This document shows positions 17,252 through 26,062 of a DNA stretch of 64,000 nt, in pieces (positions within the stretch are counted from its first letter, which is position 1; each line of letters opens with the position of its first letter). Made by a program: the position numbers and the translations under genes. Source of the DNA: an archaeon (GTDB lineage: Archaea; Nanobdellota; Nanobdellia; SCGC-AAA011-G17; GW2011-AR20). The stretch lies in the NCBI GenBank assembly GCA_002688355.1, contig NZCT01000024.1, forward strand, positions 39,717 to 103,716. Direction: 5' to 3'. The notes beneath the pieces are model-generated. The model saw only the letters and a list, made by a program, of their open reading frames with translations, did no database searches and had not been told where the DNA came from.

Positions 17252-20200
17252 CTACATCTTCATACTAATAACTTTACTTACACCTTGTTGCATTGAAACA
17301 CCATAAATTTGATCTGCTTCAGAAACAACAGAATCATTATGAGATATTACAATATATTGAGCTTTACTTGCATATTTAGCTATTAACTTAGATAGCTTCT
17401 CAGAATTAGCCTTATCTAATGCAGCATCAACCTCATCAAATAAATAAAATGAAGCAGGGTTAAATTCCTGTATAGCAAATATAAATGCTAATGCAGTTAA
17501 CGTCTTCTCTCCACCAGACAAACTTCTAATATCTAAATATTTATTAGCAATTAATTTAACTTTAATATCCACACCAGAACCTTCTTCCAAAGGATTCTCA
17601 GGATTCTCAAGTTCTAAAAAAGATTGTCCCTTATCTGATATTGTCATAAAGTTTTCTTTAAAATGTCTATCTATTACTTTAAAAGTTTCTAAAAATTTAT
17701 CTTTCTTCTGATCTTCAATCTCTTGCATCATCTCTAGCACATCATCTTTCTCTAATTTCAACTTATCAGATTTTTCAACTAACTTACTGTAATCTTCTTC
17801 TAATTGTTCATATATCTCCAAAGCACGTAAATTAACATTACCCAAATTTTCTAAAGATTTTTCACATCTCTGCAAGTCATATTTAATTTCATCTAAATTT
17901 AAATTCTTTCTAATCTTCTCATTCTCAAAATCTTTAAATTCTTCTTTTAATCCTTCTACTTCCCCTAGAATTTTTGCTTTATCTAACGCAATATTATTAA
18001 TTCTTTCTTCAACAGTCCTAATTTGCTCTTCACTTCTAATCAAACTATTCTCTCTTTTTTGAATAATTTCATTATATTTATTTCTCTTATTTATTAAATT
18101 CTTAAACTGAGAGTAAAATGATTTTTCTTTTTTCTCATTTTCCCTTAACACTAGTTTCTCATTCTTAATCTCCTCTATTAATTCTTTTAACTCATTACTA
18201 AAATCTAAAACTTCTTTATCATGACTTTTTACAATATTTAATGATCTTTCTTTTTCTTGTTCTAAAATATCATTTACCTGTGTTCTTAGAGATTTAATTT
18301 GTGCTTCATTATTTAATATAGAATTTAATATTTCTTTTTTCTGTTCCTCTAGTTCGTTTAAACCACCAACATTACTTGTTCTTGATTTCTCTCTTTGCTC
18401 TTTTGCTTTATTTAATAAATTCTCATTATTTTGTAATTCTTTCTCTAAGTTTTTTACTTTACTAGAAGCTTCTTTCTCTTTAGCAATCAATTCTTTTTTA
18501 TTTTCCTTTACCTCAGTAAAATCAATACTTCCAGAAACCTTCTCAATCTTTAAAATTTCAGCCTCTAAGTTCAACTTCTCATTTCTAAACTTAGAAATTT
18601 TCTCCTCTAACTCTCTTCTATTATCCTCAGAAGATTCCAAATTATTTTTTAAATTTCCAATCTCAACTTCTAATCTTTGAACTTCAGATTCAACATCCTC
18701 TTCTTTAAATCCAGCTCCTCTAATTGGTCTTCTAAATCCTCCAATCATTGCTCCACTTTGTTCAATCAAATCTCCTTGTATCGTTACCATTCTAGAACTA
18801 CCTATACCAACTTTCCTAGCAACATCAACATTCTCCACTACAAGAGTAGAACCAAAAACATATGAGAAAATATTCTTAAACTTAGGATTATATTGTACTA
18901 AATCTAACGCCAATCCATGAATACCATTTTCTTTTCCATATCCCTTAAAACTAGAAAAAGGTCTTATTTTATTTATCGGTAAAAACGTGGCAACACCTAA
19001 TCTATTATCTTTTAAATATTGAATACATTTACTTGCAACTTGATCATTTTCTGTAACAATAGCATTGATTCTAGGCCCAGCAGCAACCTCTAAAGCAGTA
19101 GAATATTTCTTATCCACATTACCTAAATTTCCAACAGTATTGTAAATTCCCTTAACACCGGAATTAATTATTCTTTTAACAAGTAACGCACTTGGGTTTT
19201 CCCTAGAAACAATAGCCTTAGCATTTAATCTAGCTTGCTTTTCATTTAACTCATTTAAAGCATCTCGTAACTTAGAAATTTTACCAGCAAAAACAGAATC
19301 TTCACTTAATGATTTATTTAACTCTAATGTAACTTTCTTAAATTCTTGTCTTAACTCTTTAATATTATTATTTTCCCCACCATTACTAGAATCCAATTTT
19401 TTATCAATCTCTTCTAATGAAAATTTATTTCTATCACTTTCTCTTACAACAGAACTTATCTCTCCTTGTAATGAAGTAATCTTCTCTTGAATTTCATCTA
19501 TAGAACTATCAATAGAACCATCATCTTTAATATTATATTTTTCTTTTAACTTATTTATTTCTAACTCTAATTTCTCTTTTTTACTATTATGCTCTTGCTT
19601 TCTTTTCTCCAAAACTTGAACTTCTTTATTTAAACTATTAATCTTAACTTCCAATTCCGCATTATTTTTATTTAGTTGAATTATTCTTTCCTTAGTCTTA
19701 GAAATTTCAGAATTTAAAACCTCAATCCTAGCTGTTTTCTTAATTACAGAAGTCTTTAACTCTTCTATTTTATTTTGTAAATTTAATTGATCTTTCTCTC
19801 CTTTTTCCTCAACCTCTTGATTAATTTCTTTTATCTTTTCCTGTAATTCAGTAACGTCATTCTTTAAACTATCAATATTACCTTGAATCTTATTTTTATT
19901 TTCTTCTTGTTCCTTAACTCTTCTTTCAATACCTTCTTTATTTTTTTCTTTCTCTCTAATTTGAATATGGATGTAAGTTGCTTTATTTTGCTTAATCTTA
20001 GTTTCTAATTCCTTGTATTTAATAGCTTGATCTCTATCTTCTTTTAATTCATGTAAATGAGTTCTTCTTTCAGTTAAAATTATTCCAGCTTCTTTTAGCT
20101 TCTCATCAACCTTATTTAACTCATTCATAGATTTCTTCTTCTTATCCTCATAAATAGAAATTCCAGCAGCTTCTTCTATAATACCTCTTCTCTCTTCTGG

Positions 20201-20662
20201 CTTCATTTCTGTAAATTTAACAATATCTCCTTGTAGCACAATATTATGCCCATCTGGATCAATTCTAGCGCTATTCAATACTTCTATTACTTGTTGTCTT
20301 GTTCTAACTTCATCATTTATTTTATATATTGATGAACCTGTCTGTCTAACTACTCTAGAAATTTTAACTTCCTTTCCATCTATAGGAAATTCCTTACTAG
20401 AATTATCAAATACTACATCAACTTGAGCTTGCTTTGCTGGATTTTTTAACTTTCCACCATTATATATTAAACTAGGAGCTTTCTCAGCTCTCATAGTTTT
20501 AGTCGATAAACTACCTAAAACAAACATCATCGAATCTGCAATATTACTTTTTCCAGATCCGTTGCTACCCACAATAATACTAAAACCATTAGAAAACGGA
20601 ACTTCAGTACTTTTAGCAAAAGATTTGAAACCATGTAACTTCAGTTGTTTAATTACTGTCAT
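17252..20662 (-). CDS. smc: chromosome segregation protein SMC
   Basis: N-terminal Walker A GSNGSGKSN. The C-terminus has the LSGGEKTLTALAFIFA signature and Walker B LFDEVDAALD. About 1000 aa of coiled coil lie between, giving 1136 aa in all. Confidence 0.9.
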   Translation of the reverse strand: MTVIKQLKLHGFKSFAKSTEVPFSNGFSIIVGSNGSGKSNIADSMMFVLGSLSTKTMRAEKAPSLIYNGGKLKNPAKQAQVDVVFDNSSKEFPIDGKEVKISRVVRQTGSSIYKINDEVRTRQQVIEVLNSARIDPDGHNIVLQGDIVKFTEMKPEERRGIIEEAAGISIYEDKKKKSMNELNKVDEKLKEAGIILTERRTHLHELKEDRDQAIKYKELETKIKQNKATYIHIQIREKEKNKEGIERRVKEQEENKNKIQGNIDSLKNDVTELQEKIKEINQEVEEKGEKDQLNLQNKIEELKTSVIKKTARIEVLNSEISKTKERIIQLNKNNAELEVKINSLNKEVQVLEKRKQEHNSKKEKLELEINKLKEKYNIKDDGSIDSSIDEIQEKITSLQGEISSVVRESDRNKFSLEEIDKKLDSSNGGENNNIKELRQEFKKVTLELNKSLSEDSVFAGKISKLRDALNELNEKQARLNAKAIVSRENPSALLVKRIINSGVKGIYNTVGNLGNVDKKYSTALEVAAGPRINAIVTENDQVASKCIQYLKDNRLGVATFLPINKIRPFSSFKGYGKENGIHGLALDLVQYNPKFKNIFSYVFGSTLVVENVDVARKVGIGSSRMVTIQGDLIEQSGAMIGGFRRPIRGAGFKEEDVESEVQRLEVEIGNLKNNLESSEDNRRELEEKISKFRNEKLNLEAEILKIEKVSGSIDFTEVKENKKELIAKEKEASSKVKNLEKELQNNENLLNKAKEQREKSRTSNVGGLNELEEQKKEILNSILNNEAQIKSLRTQVNDILEQEKERSLNIVKSHDKEVLDFSNELKELIEEIKNEKLVLRENEKKEKSFYSQFKNLINKRNKYNEIIQKRENSLIRSEEQIRTVEERINNIALDKAKILGEVEGLKEEFKDFENEKIRKNLNLDEIKYDLQRCEKSLENLGNVNLRALEIYEQLEEDYSKLVEKSDKLKLEKDDVLEMMQEIEDQKKDKFLETFKVIDRHFKENFMTISDKGQSFLELENPENPLEEGSGVDIKVKLIANKYLDIRSLSGGEKTLTALAFIFAIQEFNPASFYLFDEVDAALDKANSEKLSKLIAKYASKAQYIVISHNDSVVSEADQIYGVSMQQGVSKVISMKM

Positions 20663-20703
20663 TTTTATTATATAAGAAAAATTTAGTTAATTTATATACT
20701 TTT

Positions 20704-21351
20704 TTGTTTATTCTTAAAAATAGAAAACTTTATATAGTTCCTTTTTATTACAAATGTTATATGAAGAAACCGAGTGTTATAAAAGGATACGAGAAATTGT
20801 ATATAGAATCAGCATATCAAAGAGTTGTTGAAGTATTCTTCAAATACCCTGATAAAGAATTTAGTTTGTCTGATATTGCAAAAGAAGCTAAAGTAAAAAA
20901 ATCTAATTTAGGCAAGATATTAGATAAACTCTACAAAAATTATGTTCTAGATATTGTAAAATTAAAGAATATATGGAGGATTAAAGCAAATACCAATGAA
21001 TGGAACTACATTAAGTTTAAAATAGTATATAATCTCAATTTTATTTATACAAGTGGGATAGTTGAATATTTAACCGAATTTTTTAACAATCCAAAAGCCA
21101 TTATATTATTTGGAAGTTTTAGAAGAGGTGAAGATACCTCTGATTCTGATATAGATATAGCCATTTGGGATAATACAGTAAAAGAGTACAAAACAGTTAA
21201 TGTAGAAGAATTAAGAGATTATGAAAAAGAAATTAATAGAAAAATTCAAATACATTTATTTAATGATAAAGTAGTTGATGTAAATATCTTTAATAATATT
21301 GCAAATGGCATTGTTTTACTTGGAAACTTAAAGGTGAAGCCTTATGGATGA
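20704..21351 (+). CDS. HTH plus minimal nucleotidyltransferase (MNT) domain protein
   Basis: LFGSFRRGEDTSDSDIDIAIW is the GS...DxD nucleotidyltransferase motif. The true start is probably the internal Met at 20761. The gene overlaps the downstream partner by 8 nt. Confidence 0.6.
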   Translation: MFILKNRKLYIVPFYYKCYMKKPSVIKGYEKLYIESAYQRVVEVFFKYPDKEFSLSDIAKEAKVKKSNLGKILDKLYKNYVLDIVKLKNIWRIKANTNEWNYIKFKIVYNLNFIYTSGIVEYLTEFFNNPKAIILFGSFRRGEDTSDSDIDIAIWDNTVKEYKTVNVEELRDYEKEINRKIQIHLFNDKVVDVNIFNNIANGIVLLGNLKVKPYG

Positions 21352-21769
21352 AAGATTAATTAAAGAATATATCTCAAGAGGAAGTTTAAGAAAGAGAGAA
21401 CCTGATTCTAACAGGGCTAATTCTTTGATTATAAGTGCTGAAGCAACAGTCCAAGCTATATTGAAAATTTCTATTGATGAAAATAGTTCAACTATGGTTT
21501 TCCGTGAAATATATGAAACTTTAAGACAATTGGGGGATGCAAAATTATGGAAACTTGGGTATGAAGCAAGACAACATGAACCTAGTATAAAAGTACTACA
21601 GGATTTAGATATTAAGAATAATTTAGATTTAAATGATTTAGATAGGTTTAGAAAAATTAGAAATGACGCTAATTATAGAGGTTATAAAGTAACTCAAGAA
21701 CAAGCCAATGAAATTGTTGATTTCTGGAGAAGATATGAAAAAGCCTTATTAAATTGGGTTAAAAAATAA
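21344..21769 (+). CDS. HEPN-like partner of the MNT protein
   Basis: All-helical 141-aa protein immediately downstream, overlapping the MNT gene as in classical MNT/HEPN modules. The Rx4-6H motif is not obvious. Confidence 0.45.
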   Translation: MDERLIKEYISRGSLRKREPDSNRANSLIISAEATVQAILKISIDENSSTMVFREIYETLRQLGDAKLWKLGYEARQHEPSIKVLQDLDIKNNLDLNDLDRFRKIRNDANYRGYKVTQEQANEIVDFWRRYEKALLNWVKK

Positions 21770-21882
21770 AAACATCTCAAAATCCTAAATCTTTCCTTGT
21801 ATATTTCTTGTCCTTTAAAGTTCTTTTTTCGAATTCCCTCAATCTTCGATACATTTTTTCTCTTTTTGATATAGTTTCCATT

Positions 21883-22584
21883 TTACTCTAAGAAAAATCC
21901 AGCAACTAATATAAACGCAACACCTACAAAAACACTAAGAATAATTTTCCAATTAAACTTCTCATGTGCCTCAGGCAATAAATCAGAAGCCCCAATATAT
22001 AAAAAACTACCAGCAGCAAATGCTAAGATATTGTTAAAAATCATACTAGGAAAAAATCTTGATACATATGCACCTATTGGAGTTAATAAAGCTGCGATTA
22101 GTAACGCAAATAAAATTCTCTTATTACTATAAATATCTCTCATTATTATAGCTGTAGATAATCCTTGAGCTAATTCATGAGAGAAAACTGCAATAGTTAC
22201 AGTAACACCCAACAAAGGATCAATTAAAAATCCAGCAGCAATAGCAGCACCATCAACAAAATTATCTATCGTTAACCCAAGTAAAGAAAACCATCCAACA
22301 TTATGATATTTATATGAACATTCTTCTTCCTTACAAGCATGTATTAAAACTATTTTCTCTAATAAATATATAAAGAAAAACCCAACACCTACAACTATCA
22401 AAGTATTACTAGGTATTTCTGGAATCATCTCAAAAAAAGCTGTGGAAATAATAATACCAGCAGCAAAAGCAATCATATACCTAACATTAACTCTCTTTAA
22501 ATGTGTATATAACAATAATAAACCACCAAGAACAGTAGATAAACCAGCAACTAATGCATAAGAAATTTCTATATTCATTTTCAT
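21883..22584 (-). CDS. ZIP-family metal transporter (ZupT-like)
   Basis: About 8 TM helices, with HELAQGLS and FAAGSFLYIGASDLLPE motifs. Confidence 0.75.
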   Translation of the reverse strand: MKMNIEISYALVAGLSTVLGGLLLLYTHLKRVNVRYMIAFAAGIIISTAFFEMIPEIPSNTLIVVGVGFFFIYLLEKIVLIHACKEEECSYKYHNVGWFSLLGLTIDNFVDGAAIAAGFLIDPLLGVTVTIAVFSHELAQGLSTAIIMRDIYSNKRILFALLIAALLTPIGAYVSRFFPSMIFNNILAFAAGSFLYIGASDLLPEAHEKFNWKIILSVFVGVAFILVAGFFLE

Positions 22585-22681
22585 ATAGAAAAGAAATTTA
22601 ATATATAAAACTATCTAAACGAAAGTAATAAGTCAAATAGAAAAACTTAAATCTATTTTTAATGTATAAAAAGAGGAGAAA

Positions 22682-23287
22682 ATGGAAATACAATATAATA
22701 AAAATAGAATTGTAATGGATAAAACTTTAAACATGCTTGATGAATTTACAATTTCTATTACGTCAATATTAAACTCTTTAAAAATAAGATATGTAATTGT
22801 TTCAGGATATGTAGTTATTTTATTTGGAAGAAACAGAGCTTCTGAAGATATAGATATAATAATTGAAAAAATTCCTTATGACAAATTCACTCAGCTTTGG
22901 AAAGAGCTAGAGAATAACTTTGAATGCATAAACACAACTGGTGAAAAAAGTGCTTATAATGATTATTTAATCAAAAATACAGCATTAAGGTTTTCTGAAA
23001 AAGGAAAAATAATACCAAATGTAGAGATTAAGTTTTCACGTGAAGATCTTGATCACTGGACTCTTCAGTATAGAAAACAAGTCTTATTAAACAAAAAACT
23101 ATTATACATTTCTCCAATAGAATTGCAAATCTCATTCAAACTATTTTTAGGAAGTCAAAAAGATATAGAGGATGCAAAATTCCTATATAATCTTTTCAAA
23201 AATAACATTAATCTAGAATTATTACATGAACATAATAGAAAGCTTAAAGTAGAAGCTTTGTTTAATAATATCAATGAAACTCCCTAA
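22682..23287 (+). CDS. nucleotidyltransferase-fold protein, possibly an AbiEii-like toxin
   Basis: GYVVILFGRNRASEDIDIII is a GS...DxD nucleotidyltransferase motif. Confidence 0.4.
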   Translation: MEIQYNKNRIVMDKTLNMLDEFTISITSILNSLKIRYVIVSGYVVILFGRNRASEDIDIIIEKIPYDKFTQLWKELENNFECINTTGEKSAYNDYLIKNTALRFSEKGKIIPNVEIKFSREDLDHWTLQYRKQVLLNKKLLYISPIELQISFKLFLGSQKDIEDAKFLYNLFKNNINLELLHEHNRKLKVEALFNNINETP

Positions 23288-23437
23288 AATAGATCTCAAA
23301 AAACTTGAAGAATTTAAAAAGAAAAATGCTAGAGAGAGATTAGAATTTATTGACTTATACACAGAATGGCTAAAAAAAAATAACAATAAAACATGGAGTT
23401 CTGCTCAAAAAAAATTAATAAATAAAGAATCAAATAT

Positions 23438-23755
23438 CTAAACCATCTCTAAATGTTTCTCAAGTAATTCTTTTTCCGATTTATAATCCATCGCAAAATA
23501 AATCTCAAAAGCCATCATAGCTATTTCAACAGAATCTTTACTTCCATTCATTAACTCATTTTCCAAAGTCATTGCGGAAGCCATGCAAAATCCATAAACT
23601 TCAGAAAACTCATTAGGAACTTCAATATACAACATAGAATTAGTGATCTTGTTCATCGCAATATAAGCAAAGTCAATATAGCCTCTTTTATAATTTGGTT
23701 CAACATTAGTTTCGTAAATTTCTTGAAATTCTTTCATAGATTCTAGATAATCCAT
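23438..23755 (-). CDS. hypothetical protein
   Basis: ORF of 105 aa. Confidence 0.3.
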   Translation of the reverse strand: MDYLESMKEFQEIYETNVEPNYKRGYIDFAYIAMNKITNSMLYIEVPNEFSEVYGFCMASAMTLENELMNGSKDSVEIAMMAFEIYFAMDYKSEKELLEKHLEMV

Positions 23756-23795
23756 ATTACTTTTAAGGCGTTTATCTATATAAGATTAAGTAAAA

Positions 23796-24134
23796 TTAAA
23801 ATTTTCTTCTTAAATGTATACCATATATAACTAAAATAAATCCAATTAAAGTTTCTAACAAAGCCAAAGAACTAAAGCCATTACTAATGAAATTTATTAT
23901 AGAACCTAAAATTATTATTAATCCAAATATTAAAAAAGTTAATCCATTATATCTTTCATATTTTTTATGTGCAGTTATAACACCAACTAAAAGAAAGATA
24001 CTACTTATAATTAATACTGGAACTAAACTAACAATATTCTCACTTAATCTTAGCTCAACAAATATAAAGAACAATAATAATCCAATAATTAAAGATAAAT
24101 TCAAAGTTTGCTTTAATTCCTCTTTTATATCCAT
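23796..24134 (-). CDS. small membrane protein
   Basis: 112 aa with three hydrophobic helices. Confidence 0.35.
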   Translation of the reverse strand: MDIKEELKQTLNLSLIIGLLLFFIFVELRLSENIVSLVPVLIISSIFLLVGVITAHKKYERYNGLTFLIFGLIIILGSIINFISNGFSSLALLETLIGFILVIYGIHLRRKF

Positions 24135-24135
24135 C

Positions 24136-24777
24136 TTAAAAATTATCTAAATTCTTTTGCTCCTCTTTTTTCTGAACATTTTTCCATGAGGACCAAGACT
24201 TTCTAAATATTTCAGGGTGTTTATTCCAATTATCTTTTAAATATTTTTGTGTTTTCTCTTGACTAGGGTAACCAGAACCAAAATCACCATATTTTTTCTT
24301 TAACTTTTCAATTTCTCTATCTCTTGTAACCTTAGCCAAAATACTCGCAGCTCCTACTACAACATTTTCAGCATCTGCTTTGTGCATAACAACTAATTCT
24401 ATAGATTTATCCTTTAAATCTTCTAAAATATAATTTCTGTAAGCTTCAATATTAACACTGGGACAATCTATAATAGTTTTATCTGGTTTTAATTTATTAA
24501 TTATTTTAATTGTTTTTTCAGCTTCCAACCAATTTAAATTTAGCCCTTTTTCACCAAAAACAGCTCTATCAACTTCCCCAGGTTCTATCTTAATAATTTC
24601 AAAATCTTTAGCTATTTTCTTAATCCTATCAAATAAATTTTCTCTTTCTTCTGGTTTTAATTTCTTAGAATCATCTACACCAATCTCTTCTAATTTGCCT
24701 AAATCTTTCTCTTCAATTAATACTCCGGAAATTAGTAAAGGGCCGATGACAGGACCTTTCGGGGAAACAAATTTATT
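24136..24777 (-). CDS. rnhB: ribonuclease HII body; the ORF is open upstream to 24777 with no start codon, and the N-terminal DE..G catalytic motif lies in another frame at the end of ORF 24773..25351
   Basis: The track ORF begins at TTG 24528 and matches RNase HII (VVMHKADAENVVVGAASILAKVTRD). The same frame continues upstream as NKFVSPKGPVIGPLLISGVLIEEKDLGKLEEIGVDDSKKLKPEEREN, the conserved N-terminal region, ending at an in-frame TAA at 24778-24780. Confidence 0.65.
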   Translation of the reverse strand, partial: NKFVSPKGPVIGPLLISGVLIEEKDLGKLEEIGVDDSKKLKPEERENLFDRIKKIAKDFEIIKIEPGEVDRAVFGEKGLNLNWLEAEKTIKIINKLKPDKTIIDCPSVNIEAYRNYILEDLKDKSIELVVMHKADAENVVVGAASILAKVTRDREIEKLKKKYGDFGSGYPSQEKTQKYLKDNWNKHPEIFRKSWSSWKNVQKKEEQKNLDNF

Positions 24778-25351
24778 TTATTTCACTCCCGCTCTCATCA
24801 ACACCTAAAACAAAGTTCTTACCTTTTGCTGTCAATTTCCACCATTTTCCATGTTTTTTTATTGAATTATCATTTTCGTAAATTTTAAATCTCGCACTTA
24901 TAGATTTTCTACTAAACAATAATTCTGAACCAATTTTGGTAAAGTTTTTATATGATATTCTTGATAAAATATTTCTCTTTTGATTATTTAAAAATTCTTC
25001 TATTCTAAACTTTTTAGCCCAAAGAGATTTTCGTCTAGTTTTAATGTAATCAATTTTATTTTCTCTTTTCAACTCACTCAAAACATCCAATAATCTAAGA
25101 GGAGATCTCTTAAATTTATCTGATAATTGTTTTGTAGTTTTGAAACCAGTCTTTAGTTCAGAAAATACAATTCTCTTCAGTTCTCCTGGAGAATAATGTT
25201 TCTCTGTGATGGAATTAATCATATCTCCAAACTTTTTTTCCTTTTCAGGGTGAAGACTAGCAAGATTTATCTCATTCAATTTATCTAAATAGCGACCAGT
25301 AATTCCGTATGCTCTATTTTTTTCATCATAAATTCGAGAAAATTCATCCAT
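24773..25351 (-). CDS. hypothetical ORF; its last residues (KNFVLGVDESGSEIK) resemble the RNase HII N-terminus (AGIDEAGRG)
   Basis: Open frame of 192 aa. Its C-terminus is shifted +1 relative to the rnhB frame within an A-rich tract, GAAATAAAATAAATTT. Confidence 0.35.
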   Translation of the reverse strand: MDEFSRIYDEKNRAYGITGRYLDKLNEINLASLHPEKEKKFGDMINSITEKHYSPGELKRIVFSELKTGFKTTKQLSDKFKRSPLRLLDVLSELKRENKIDYIKTRRKSLWAKKFRIEEFLNNQKRNILSRISYKNFTKIGSELLFSRKSISARFKIYENDNSIKKHGKWWKLTAKGKNFVLGVDESGSEIK

Positions 25352-25584
25352 TTTATGATGGAAATGGGAGAACAGGAAGAATGATTATGAATTTAATTTT
25401 AATGAAAAACAATATTCCGCCAATTATCTTAAGTAATAAACAAAGAAAAAGATACTATTCTATTTTAGCTAAATCAGATAATATAGGTTTAATGGAAATA
25501 ACAAATGATTTTAAATTATTAGTGAAGTTTATATCAACCCAAATACTGAAAACTTGGAATACAATCTTTAAACAATGGAATTAA
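25309..25584 (+). pseudogene. Fic/Doc-family remnant: the Fic motif and the helix after it are present but the N-terminal domain is absent
   Basis: HPFYDGNGRTGR, the Fic motif HPFx[DE]GNGR, sits at residues 13-24 of a 91-aa ORF. Upstream on the + strand all frames are closed. Confidence 0.6.
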
Positions 25585-25630
25585 TGTAAGCCCTAAAAGT
25601 TAATATACAATTCTAATGTAAGCCCTAAAA
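25582..25630. repeat. 17-bp direct repeat TAATGTAAGCCCTAAAA, two copies at 25582-25598 and 25614-25630
   Basis: Exact duplicate read directly from the sequence, in the convergent intergenic region after the Fic remnant. Confidence 0.5.
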
Positions 25631-25645
25631 TATTTTCTAGAATTA

Positions 25646-26062
25646 TTATTTATCAGCTTCATATTTTACAATATCAGTCTGTGTAACAATACCAACTAAC
25701 TTATCGTTGTCAACAATAGGGACTCGTTTAAGATTATCCTTCTTCATTAATTTAATCAAATCCTCAATCTTTGTACCAGAACTAACCGTCTCAGTTTCAG
25801 TGGCCATTGCACCCATAACTTGACTAAAATCAGAAAATTTTTCAAAAATAACTTTCTTTACTATATCTTCACAACTAATTAACCCCACAAGTCTTTTACC
25901 ATCAACAACAGGTAGACATCTAAGATCACGTTTCAACATCTTTTTAACAACATTTTTAATAACCTCTCTTCTATTAGCAGTTATAAGTTTTTTACTCATA
26001 ATATCAGCGACTTTTGTTTTCACTTTAAATCTCACTAAATACTTCTTGTTCAGGGTAAACAA
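25646..26062 (-). CDS. CBS-domain pair protein (TTG start)
   Basis: Two CBS-like segments, CLPVVDGKRLVGLISCEDIV and RVPIVDNDKLVGIVTQTDIV. Confidence 0.7.
   Translation of the reverse strand: MFTLNKKYLVRFKVKTKVADIMSKKLITANRREVIKNVVKKMLKRDLRCLPVVDGKRLVGLISCEDIVKKVIFEKFSDFSQVMGAMATETETVSSGTKIEDLIKLMKKDNLKRVPIVDNDKLVGIVTQTDIVKYEADK

Noticed and set aside
24773-25351. The idea that the minus-strand ORF is the missing N-terminal half of the Fic protein
   Set aside because: It is on the opposite strand from the Fic motif ORF. No + strand frame upstream of 25309 is open. Its C-terminus instead matches the RNase HII N-terminus.
25582-25630. The 17-bp direct repeat as a transcription terminator
   Set aside because: The two copies are direct, not inverted, so they cannot form a hairpin. 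An insertion scar or a protein binding site is more likely.
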